Below are positions 53,764 to 64,000 of a stretch of 64,000 bases of DNA, one piece after another. Within the stretch, counting starts at the first letter, position 1, and each line of letters begins with the position of its first letter. The stretch is from the human T2T-CHM13v2.0 reference genome, Homo sapiens: NCBI RefSeq assembly GCF_009914755.1, contig NC_060926.1; one strand, written 5' to 3'. Below the pieces are notes generated by a model. That model worked only from the letters and a program-made list of their open reading frames with translations. It had not been told where the DNA came from and searched no databases. A program made the translations under genes and the position numbers.

Positions 53764-55289
53764 CATTGTAACATATCTTCTGCCTAGAGTTTCAAGGATT
53801 TGAAGTTTGTAGGTAAAGCCCATGTGTGAAAACATATCTATTTACAAGTATTCACTGTGGACTGGACTGGGATGGTTCCTCCTCAAAGCCAAAAGAACTC
53901 TAACACAGCAGCTCTGTCCTTTGTTATATTATTCACTTCTCCCCATAGCCTGTTTTTTATTTATGTATATCTCTTGTGCCTCCTTGAAGACCTGGCATTT
54001 AGAGGGGAAGTTTGCACAAATGCTCACACCAGGGCTGAAATCTATAGATCCTGGAATAAGAACAAGTTTTCTGAGTTCCAGTTTAGTGCTTTCATATATG
54101 TTAGGCTATTTCTACTTATATTAAAAACTGTTTCTAGCAAATTATTTTGGGCCTATTTAATGAAGACTAGAGTAGTAACTTTCAACTCTGCAAAGTTGTG
54201 AAACTATCAGTGCAGGAGGAGAACTGGGTAGTGCACAACACACTAAAGTATGGTTGACTTCTTCCTTATTACCATAAGTAATAGTGATAAGTTCAAATGA
54301 TTAATCATTTTCTTAACAATTAACGTCTTCTCACCAATTAAATGATGACAGAATATTAACTATTGGGTATCTTAGGATACATGAGCAAATTCAAGAATCC
54401 CTGCATTATTCTAAAAGGTACTTAAAATTTTTATTATGTTTTGTAGTTTGACTTAATTTGTTTGAAACTTCTCCATGGACATAAAAATGAAGATTCAGGA
54501 CAAAATATGAGTTCAAAATGTTTTTCACGGAAACCCTCGATAGATCCACTCTGAAAGACAGAGAGGCACATGTTTGTAGTTGGGAATCTGGCAGGAAGGA
54601 GCTTGAGTTTTGATGGTCAAGATGTTTTGGTTCAGAAGTTAGAAAATAAATAATTCCTGAGAGGAAGGATTCTTCAGCTCTGGGCAGCTGATACGGCAGT
54701 AAAATAAATAGGCAGTAAAGCACACTTCCTGTTTTGAGAGTTCACATTTCATATTGGCAAAGAGCATCTCTTAAATTCAATCTCATGCTTCCATAAATAA
54801 ACCTGGCACCTTTTTAAACGCTTTTCCATCTGCTTCAGAATGAGGAGTGCATTATTGAATACACCTCAGGGAGTCCAAGAAATGGGAAAAGACTACTTGT
54901 GAGGAACACACCATTGCGGTTGGCCTTGGCCCAGAGAAGCCATCGTGAGATTGCTTGAGTTCAAACCGTTGTAACAAGACCCTGATGGTGTTTCCCCACC
55001 CCCCTTTTCTTCTACTTGAAGTTGTCATAGTTGGAGCTTTGCACCAGAAGCTAGGAATGATCTTGGGTTGAGTCAGAGTTAGGCATCTTTGCAGATTCTT
55101 TGCTGTATTACCTGGGTAGTTCTCAACCAGCTTCTGAGATTTTGCTCCAGTATATTAATCCAGTTTCCTAGGCTGGGTAGAAAAGTCCATTATCCACACA
55201 TAGTAGAGCCCAGAGGAAGAGGTCTGCTATACTGACTATAGAATAATTCCTGGAGTTTTCAGGGCTTGCAGTAATCAACTTGTACTCAT

Positions 55290-55500
55290 CTAGTTGATAG
55301 TGAAAAGCATGAATTTGGTGTCATGAAGAAACAATTCAAGATGGAGTGTTCCTATTAACTGTGTGATCTTAGACAGGTAAGCAGATAATAGAATCCTAAG
55401 AGGTTTGTGAAGAGAAAGTGGAATAAAGCTCATAAAGTCAATGAGCGCACTGTCTGGCAACAAATAAGCAATTGTGAATAGTCGCTATTTTTATTATTCT
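55290..55500 (+). mobile_element. MIR
   Basis: TATTAACTGTGTGATCTTAGACAGGTAA...TAAAGTCAATGAGCGCACTGTCTGGCAACAAATAAGC. Confidence 0.65.
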
Positions 55501-55755
55501 ACTTTCCCAGGTAATCCTTGTGAGCCAAGAACTGGGGACAATCCTGCCTGGGTCAGGTGGCCAAGAGGGGGAGTTATTTAATATCTACATTTACCATTTG
55601 AGGCAATTCTTATATATCTGATACTTTTCTAAGTTTTTAAAAATGTTATCTAATTTAACCTTTGCAGTAAATTTCTGAGCAGGTTTCTATATGTCCATCT
55701 AAACAAAATATCATAAATACCAATAATGTTGCCAAACCTAAATTGCCATTGGTTG

Positions 55756-56373
55756 TGTTAATAGAAAACATTTAGCAAATGAAATTCATTTATGTTCCTT
55801 TGAGACAGGGTTTTACTCTATCGCCCAGGATGGAATTTGGTGCCATGATGATGGCTTACTGCAGCTTCCACCCCCCGGGCTCAAGCAATCCTCCCCACGT
55901 GTCACTACACCTGGCTAATTCTTATATTTTTTGTAGAGATGGGGCCTCCCTGTGTTGCCCAGGCTGCTCTCAAACTCCTGGCCTCAAGTAATCCTCTCGC
56001 CTCAGCCTCCCAAAGTGTTAGGATTACAGGTGTGAACCACTGCACTCAGCTAGCAAATTAAATTTAGCAGTCTTTTATTTGAGCAAAGAATGATTTATGA
56101 ATCGTGCAGCACTCAGAACCAGAAGAGGTTGAGGGACCTCTGCCCAGCAATGTGAACAGGAGCTTTTGTAGGGTACACAGAGAAGCCAAGTAGAGAAATC
56201 ACTTGATTGGTTACTACTAGGTATCTGCCTTATTTGGGCATGGTGTGATGAGTTGGCTGCCTGTGATTGGCTGAAACTGAGCTGTTTGTTTTACTCCTAA
56301 ATAACATTGCAGTTTGTTATATAGGGACCAAGTTATGGAGGCAGCCTCAGGCTAAACTTAAATGGATTTGACA
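55756..56373 (-). mobile_element. MER57-family ERV1 solo LTR interrupted by AluJ
   Basis: Minus strand TTAAGTTTAGCCTGAGGCTGCCTCC...CAGCCAATCACAGGCAGCCAAC...CTTTGCTCAAATAAA; perfect 4-bp TSD GTTG (55752-55, 56374-77). Confidence 0.88.
55787..56050 (-). mobile_element. AluJ with ~30-nt internal deletion
   Basis: GGGCTCAAGCAATCCTCCC; TSD TAGCAAATGAAATT / TAGCAAATTAAATT (55773-86, 56051-64). Confidence 0.92.
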
Positions 56374-56386
56374 GTTGTAAGGCATG

Positions 56387-56745
56387 TGCTATGGACTGAA
56401 TGTTTGTTTTCCCCAAAAATTCGTATGTTGAAATTCCAATCCCAATCTGGTGGAAGGTGGGAATCTCCAGCAGGTAATTAGGTCAAAAGGGTGTAGCCCT
56501 GATGAATGGGATTAGTGCCCTTATAAGAAGAGGCTGGAGAGCTAGCTAGTGCTCTTTCTATCATGTAAGGATACAAGCAGAAGTCAGCTGTGTGCAATCT
56601 GGAGTAGAGCCCTCACAAGAACCCAACCATGTGGACACCCTGATCTCAGATTCCAGCCCTCAGAACTGTGAAAAGTAAATTCCTACTGTTTATAAGCCTT
56701 TCAGTTTATGACATTTTGTTATAGTAACTTGAGTTGACTAAGATG
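56387..56745 (+). mobile_element. MLT1A-like MaLR solo LTR
   Basis: TGCTATGGACTGAATGTTTGT...ATGAATGGGATTAGTGCCCTTATAAGAAGAG...CTCAGAACTGTGA...GACTAAGA. Confidence 0.9.
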
Positions 56746-59689
56746 GTACTGCCACCTAAGGAAATAAAAAAAAAAAAGCCTGCCAATTATAACTGTAAGA
56801 TGCTACTACTGTTAATAAGGCATATCAGAATTTCAGAGATTTTAAAATATAGGGAAAAGAATGTGGCTTTAAAGTAAATGAAATAGAGTAAGGAGTTTCC
56901 TTGACCTCATATGGAGTTAGTGGCAGAACCAGAATTTTAATTCAGGGAACTCTGTTTCAAAGTCAATGCACATTAGTTATATCAGCCTCTGTCAAACACC
57001 AAGTTCCAGTCTCTGGAGCAGCTCTGACCTCCTCTGAAAGTCCTGCTGTGCTAACTGAGGCAGCCCTTATAGTCTTCTAATTTGTATCACAGCCCACCCC
57101 ACTCCCATCACCTCCAGCTCTGAGCTCCTAGAATATGGAAAGCCAGACAGATGCAAGCCTAGCTCACCAGCACTGGTGCCCAGCACTATTTCTTGCACCT
57201 AGTCTCTGGTCATTTCAGAGAAGAGTAGAAGGCAGAGGCTGCTGAGTGTTAGAGCTGACTGGAGTCCTCGAGAAATGGTGAGTATTCAACAAATGCCATC
57301 ATGATAACATTGGTGGTATCATCAGGTCACATGCCTGCAATTAGATTGGATTTTGATTTAAGTTGGTTTTCAGCACGGTAAGATCCCCTTTCCTCTCACA
57401 GACATAGGCCTGCCTTTCTCTTTTTTCCTTGAGTATCTGGAGTTTTCAGTATTCTCGAGTTCAACTTGACTCTCAGTCATCTGTCTCAGATAGTGGTTTT
57501 CTTTCTTGACTTTTGTTCTTCTCTGAAACAAGTTGCTCAACTCTCTCTTTGCTTTTGATAAAATGACACAAAGACAGTTAGAACTTGGGTTGCAAGTTCC
57601 AAAATAGCATGTCTGAAGGTAAAAAATATATAGATTTTCTTACTCCAAAATCATGTGCTCACAGTAGCAGAACAAGTTGTACAGTTGCATTTCGTCTAAC
57701 ATGTGCAAATTTTACTGAAGTTGAAAAGTATAAAATTATACTGCCTCTCAGAGAAAATAAAACTAGATTATATCTAACTTCCCATTTTACCATTGGCCAG
57801 CACCAGGATCTTGGTAAGCTGGTTCTCCTTGCTGAGTCTCAATTTGTAATCAAGAGAGTTGAATTGGCTATTCTTCCTAATCTTTCTTTGCCAGACATTC
57901 TGATTCTCAGACATTTTTAACCTTACTGGTGTGGATATAGTTGTTACTTATTGTACACATTTTAACCATGAGGTTTACCTAGCACTCTTGGCTCCAGGTT
58001 TCTATGAGTCCACGCAGTGACCACTCTAGAATTCATTAGCCTTTGTGGTATTTATGTTGCTATTCAGTATTTGCCTGTTATTTTACTAAGTATCGACATC
58101 ATTTCCTGGGGAAGAATTACGACTCTCTTTGAGAAGCTGCAGCAATGGTTCCTTTATTTGTACCCCATGGATTCCCTTTTATTGCCCTTCAATGTGCTTA
58201 TGAAATGAAGCTCCAGTTATCCTAGTATCTCTCTCAGCCCTCTGAACTTGCCTTTGCTTAATTTTCATTTTAGATTTTTTCTGAGGATAAGGAAACACCT
58301 CACTTTTTAGTTATGTTCTTTAGAAGACTTTTCTTGATGAACTTGGTTATTTCAGTATTTGAGTCATCTTGGGAATTTCACCAGCTAACCATGTTGCAAG
58401 TCCCTTTGATTTATTATGAGGCTTCATCAGGCACATTTTCCCTTGCTCCCTACCTCAGTAGATTAATCCAAACTCATCTGCAAGGCTTGTTCAAGAGGCC
58501 AAATCATTCCCACTTTTTTGCTCCTCTTCAGGGCTGTAGAGATAAAGCACTGGTAGCGTGCCAGCCACGTCTAACAGGGTCAATCGGCCTATTTTAGCCT
58601 TTCTCAAAAGTTCACCCTGCCAGATGTGAGATTTGGGAGGGGTGGAAAAAGTGAGTCTCCTGGAGAGCATTCGTCTTCTCCTAGGACCTGAGTTCGGGCA
58701 AGTCTGTGGGGGTCAGAGGCACATCTCAGGCCATTGGATGCAACGCATGTATTAGGAAAGCATCTGCCCCATTTTTGAAGCAACCTCTGCCTGCAGCCTG
58801 TAACACGCAGGAGCATTAGTCCTTTTGATCCAAGAACTGCATCAAATCATTTTGACCCTTTGAGAAGATATGTAACCTGGGCCGAGTGGAGCCAGATGAC
58901 TTTTTTTTTTATTACCACAGCATAAAGTAATATTAAGTGATTTCATGAGTTGTAGCCAGAACATCTGTTATTAAACATCAGAAATCTGATTTATTCAATT
59001 TATTCAGAAACTGGCAGTCAGCCCTCTCTAAAGTAATGCCTCGCCTTTGGGGCAAGAAGGTGTTACTGACCAGTTTTCCTTTGAGCTTACAGTCCTTTCC
59101 ATGTGTCACGTGACTATGCTTCTGCTCTTTGAGAGATGTTCTCCTTATAGCAGGCAAGGAAGGACTTCCCTGGACAGAGAGCTGGCTGGAATGTGCCACA
59201 TACTCTGCTGTCTCCAGGGCAGTCCGTCGACCCAGAGCCACATTCCTCTGGAAAGGTAGCTGGAGTGTCATGAGTGGGGAGCAGGACATCAAGGATGAAA
59301 GGTTTATATGTAGACCTCTGAGGGCAGGTGGGTCCATATTTTAATGATCAACTCCCCACAATTGGCCTGTTTTATCCTTAAGCTACCACTTCTGCAGCTG
59401 TATGTGGCATGTGTTCTATCCCATATGCAACTTTAAGAAAAATTTTCCCTTTTCAGATCCTTTATTTATCATAGATGACAGAGCATTTCTTTCAGAAAAG
59501 TAGGCCATTGATCCTTGCGACATCAACATTTTGCAAAAATTAAAGTAATAAATGGAAACTATGACATTCTACTGGTGGGACTTCAGGCTTTGATCTCCTT
59601 CTGGGTGTGTGTTGGTGGTACTGGAATAAGCAACAGAGATAAAATCATAAAATCTTTTGGAAAATGGACGCTTCCCCAAAGAATCAAGT

Positions 59690-60720
59690 TAGCCACTCAT
59701 TTTATTTTTTTGTTCCATCGTTTTTTAACTTACACATTTATTCACTAATTACTTTATTTTTCAAATATTTACCTGTGCCAGTCATTGTTCTAAGCATTGA
59801 GAAATGGGAGATAAAAAAATAAAGAAGCAGCAATCCGTTAACTCAAGAAGTTGACAGTTTGATAAGGAAAGTAAGACACTGGCACGAACTATAAAGTAGA
59901 AAGTTATGATCATAAAACAGTCACAGAGAAAGGTCTGTGGAAAGTTAAAGGGGAAAAGGAATAAAATGTTCACTGGAAGTTTCCAGGAAGGGTGTAATGA
60001 AGGATGTAGAATTAGGGCTGTGTCTTAAAGGGTAGGATGTTGGAAGAAAGAAAGGAGAGGCAGTGGTGATTGTAAAAGGAAGCAGTGGCTGGAAACAAGG
60101 CATGGCTATAGAATAGCAAGGGGCATGCTTGAGTGTTGGCAAATCTTCGGCTTCCCTAAAAGGCACAGTTCATGTAGAGGAATAACGGGAGAAGGTGAAA
60201 GACATGCTGAAGCCACATCCTGAATGTTCCCAGTACAAGGCAAGACCCTCAGATTCAGGAGGCTGAAGGATTCTGAGTAGGTGAACATAACTATAATTTA
60301 GGAGGATTAGTCTGAGACCATGAGTAGGATAAACTGACAGTGGAGAATCCCGAAAAAAAAAATGCAGCTGAGCAATGATAAAACTTCAACTGGAGCAGTT
60401 GGTTTGGAGAAGAAGGGGTGCATAGAGTAGATGTACAACAGAGGAATTGATCGGGCTTCAGAAGTTATGTGTTGTTATAAGAGGAGTATGGCTTTTGGCG
60501 TCAGAGAGACTCTAAAATGAGCTTTATTTTTTTCCTCACTCTTAGAGCTACCTGGAGTAACTCACAATTTGTCCAGACCTCCCTCTCAACCCTGTTGCCA
60601 AGGTTTGTGTATGTGTGATATTGAAAGTATGGTAGGAGGGGAGGGTTGTGATAATATATGTGAAAACACTTCATAAACTCTGAAAAATCCTAGGAAGTTC
60701 ATTGCAGTTAAGTTACTACC
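59690..60720. mobile_element. L2 (-, ~59690-60470) followed by MIR (+, ~60475-60720)
   Basis: CAAATATTTACCTGTGCCAGTCATTGTTCTAAGCATTG; GAGGATTAGTCTG; GATAATATATGTGAAAACACTT. Confidence 0.6.
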
Positions 60721-60849
60721 TGGATCTGTGGGACAAATGGAAGGGAAGGATCTCAGATGGACCTTAGGTTTTGAGCCAACATGACTCTGAAGGTGGAGAA
60801 TCACAGTGCCTGAAAAGGAAAGGAAGGAAAAAAGGAAAAGAGAGTCAGC

Positions 60850-61900
60850 ACTCACCCATTGCCTCAGATTAAACTCCAGATGGATCAAAGACTTAACCAT
60901 AAACTTGAAACCATAGGAACACTGAAGATATTTTATAATGTAGCAGTGGAGAAATTATAAGAATTCCAAGAAAGTTAGAAACCAAAAAGGGAAATATTGA
61001 TCAATTTGGCTGCATTAGAAGTTACAATTTTTATATAACAAATGATAGTAAGTTTGAAAGAAAAATGACAGAGAGGGGAATGTTTGCCAGTCATATGATT
61101 GCCATAGTTAATTTCTGAGTACATTAAGACTTTCACATGACAATTAAAAATACAAACAGTCTAATAGAAAAATAATGTGAATTAGTAATTTATAAAATAA
61201 GAAATAGAAATGATCAATATACAAAGTAAAACATATTAAAACTTAACTAAGAAATTCAAATAAAATGAGGTGTTTTTTAACCAACTGTATTTGGTAACTT
61301 AATTAAGAAGATTGAAAATGCTATTTTTATGAAGTGTTGGGAAGCGATTACTTGAATGAACTATTGAAGTGGACATGAAATACAAAATACAATAGTCTTT
61401 CTGGTGTTCAATTTTAGGATACATATCAGTATATAAAAGGAATATACCCTTTGACCTGTCAAATTCACTTTTGGGAATTTAAGAAGATAAATATACACAT
61501 GTGAAAATATGAATGAATGAATATGTTTATTGCATTATTGCTTAAATTAATAAAAAATAACAATAAAATATAGAATAATTTAGGTAAGTACATTTTGTTA
61601 CACCTAAAATCTTTAGCTTCTAAAACTAGTGAAGTAGACCTCAATTTATTGAAATGTAAAGCTATGAACCACATGTTTTTGAGAGACGTGTGGCATTATC
61701 CCATTTATTAGAAATATATACATATATACATACATATATACAGTGTATATATATTTCTATACAAAAGAGAGGTCTAGAGGGATGTTCACCAGAATATTAT
61801 CAGTGTATTTCTCTGGAGCATAAATCTTCTGGTGCATTTAAAAATATTATTCTATTTTCTATATTATTTCAATTTTGAAATAAAATTTTAAATGTTTGTT
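60850..61900 (+). mobile_element. L1ME-type 3' region
   Basis: AAACTCCAGATGGATCAAAGACTTAA...ATACCCTTTGACCTGTCAAATTCACTTTTGGGAATTTA...GAATGTTTATTGCA-like landmarks. Confidence 0.75.
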
Positions 61901-62024
61901 TTTTGCAAAAGCAATCACATTTTCAAATGAAATATATAAAATAAATTAAGAGAAAGAACCAAAGAGGTTGAGAGAAAAGAAGAGAGAGAAGGAGAAAGAG
62001 AGGGAGACAAGAGGGAGGGAGATG

Positions 62025-62568
62025 TGTTAAGATGCACCCACAAGGCTTTAGCCTATGGAGACGACTGAGTGATGACACAGAGAGGTCATTGCTACTAAAA
62101 GAAAAGTTTGTTACTTATGGTTTTCAAGAGAAGGAAGCAGGCCACACCATATAGGGCCGCGGTTCCCACACCAGGTTTGGTCAGGAAGCAAAGGCAGGAC
62201 TGTCAGGGAAAGCTTGGCTCGGTGCTTTTATTGTGTTTTCTGTGGGAATGGCGAGCAGAGCAGGGAAACAGCTTAGGACTGGCTCTTGAATAATGTCGGC
62301 AGGCTCTGGGCTATAGGATGGTTGGTTCCTGGGTCGATTTAGGGCAGGGAAAATATTGGTTTGGTATGGGAAAGCTAGATAAAGAAGGAGGTTAAGGGCC
62401 TGGCCTCTAAGGACTGGTTGGTTTGCATGGGAGAGGTGTGTTGGCAGGCCAGTTGCTTATTGTCTCTGGGGATTAGCTATCCCTGGGAGGGGCAGTCTCT
62501 CCCTGTCCAGTTAGGCCCCCCAGAATGTCAAAGCAGCATAAATATGTTTAGAAATTTGGATTAATATA
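62025..62568 (-). mobile_element. MER74-like ERVL solo LTR
   Basis: Minus strand GCTTTGACATTCTGGGGGGCC...GAGAGACTGCCCCTCCCAGGGATAGCTAAT...TGCAAACCAACCA...CACAATAAAAGC. Confidence 0.82.
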
Positions 62569-62599
62569 GGATAGAGGAAAAAGGAGAAAGGGGGGGAAT

Positions 62600-62890
62600 A
62601 GTTGTTGGGGTAAGGCCCCTGAGAAAGTGGAAATGAGGGGATTCTGAGGATAAGTGAGGTTGTGTCACCATGGTTTGGAGGGGCAGTACTTTCTCTAAGG
62701 TTGAAGGGAAGGTGCGAGACGGCAGAAAGACTTCTTCTCTTCTGCTATGTGGAGAGAAAAGGACCTCATCCTCAGATGGCCTCAATCTTAGCAAAGAAGG
62801 CAATCTAAAATACTTCTGGGAAATGATCAAGACAGAGTTTGGTAAAGGATTTGGAAAGAATGGAGACACTTTTAAATAGCTGTTGGGGAA
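62600..62890 (-). mobile_element. Old L2 internal fragment
   Basis: CCTCATCCTCAGATGGCCTCAATCTTAGCAAAGAAG resembles antisense L2 ORF sequence. Confidence 0.45.
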
Positions 62891-64000
62891 AATTCAGTGA
62901 GTAATTTTCTAGGTGTGAGTAAAAAACAGCTATTAGGGTCCAGCTGAGGTTATATTCAGACACAAAGACAGGAATAAATTTGACTCAGGGTTAAGCTTGT
63001 ATAGTTGCTAATGATGGACATAGTCCTTTAGAGTTTGCAGCCTTGTCCTTAAACTTCAAGTCCTTGGACAAACAAGTCTCTGCACCAAGAATTGCCAAGA
63101 TGATACAACAATTGATGTTGGCTGCCATTCAGATCCCCATTGTGCTTGGCTCTTGACTTACGTGGGAAGCATCCTGGGATGCTCCTTCCTCCTCTTTTGT
63201 TAGCTAGAAGACCTATCCATCTACCCGCCAAACCCTCATCCTTACATATTCACATTAGGAGATGGTTAACAACAGCTCCCCTCCCAATCCCTGCCATGAC
63301 ATGAGAAAGGGGTAAAAGAAAAATTCTATCATCATTTTCCCCAATATGTGATATCCTGAAAATTTTCACAGATCTGCTTAAGTCCTTGTCTTTAATGAAA
63401 TTAGGAACAACCTCTGCAACGAGCCCTCAGATGAGACTCAAACTGACAGGAAATGAATTTGCTAATGAATTCATTAATTATTCCATTATTTATTTTACTA
63501 GAGCCTTACCATGTGTACTGCACTATAGAGGATGACCTAATTAGCATTGCTTTCTTCATGCTTGGTTTAGTAACTGATGTCTCCAAATACTTGAGTGAGG
63601 GCAGATGAAGAAGAGAAACATGAAACAGCCCCCAGATGTCAACTGATTCCACATGACAAAGGCTGGCTGTGTGAGGCAATAAATGTGTTCTGCCGACATC
63701 GGGCTGAGCAGTGCCAATATGGACATCTTCAGAAAAATAATGAGCCAACGTGGCCATTTCTCTGGGCCTTGTCTTCTCTCCTTCCAACTGAGCTGCATTT
63801 TTTACTCCCGATTTGGAAGCTATTTACAGTACATCTCAACGAGCCAGCCCGTGGTGCTGGCTCCACTTTCTTTTGGAAATATTAGAATTTGTCCCCTGAG
63901 GGAGTCAGAACAATTGTTTGTTAGCTTAAAATAAATCATACATTTGATCATGATTGTGCAAGACTCTCTTCTTCTCCCTGAAGTCTCCATCTCAGGGCTA

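Larger units (their letters stand above)
55720..56888 (-). mobile_element. MER104-like (TcMar-Tc2) MITE split in three pieces (55720-55755, 56374-56386, 56746-56888), itself inside a MIR
   Basis: CTGCCAATTATAACTGTAAGATGC...ATTTCAGAGATTTTAAAAT...ATGAAATAGAG; TA at both outer ends. Confidence 0.65.

Overview
Primate (human-like; a near-consensus AluY implies a catarrhine) non-coding euchromatic DNA, intergenic or intronic. I find no supportable protein-coding gene, tRNA, rRNA, snRNA, CpG island or CRISPR array. Roughly half the window is interspersed repeats: L1 (one ~2.6 kb L1PA-type 3' copy with reverse-transcriptase remnants, plus many old L1M fragments), five Alus, many L2/MIR fragments, about 15 solo LTRs (MLT1, MLT2, MST, LTR41, MER50, MER57, MER61, MER74) and small DNA transposons (MER5A, MER63A, MER91, MER104, MADE1). 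Repeat families were recognised by eye from remembered consensus sequences, so subfamily calls and old-element boundaries are approximate; target-site duplications (TSDs) quoted are read directly from the sequence. The longer ORFs are L1/Alu remnants or chance. I did not find a credible previously undescribed biological system. The best second-look items are structural or regulatory: a very young AluY with a 17-nt deletion, a chimeric L1MB/L1MA locus with an internal inversion, a five-element nested insertion stack, a MADE1 (miR-548-type) hairpin, an 80-bp tandem duplication, a perfect 14-bp hairpin, and candidate CTCF, AP-1 and CLEAR regulatory sites.
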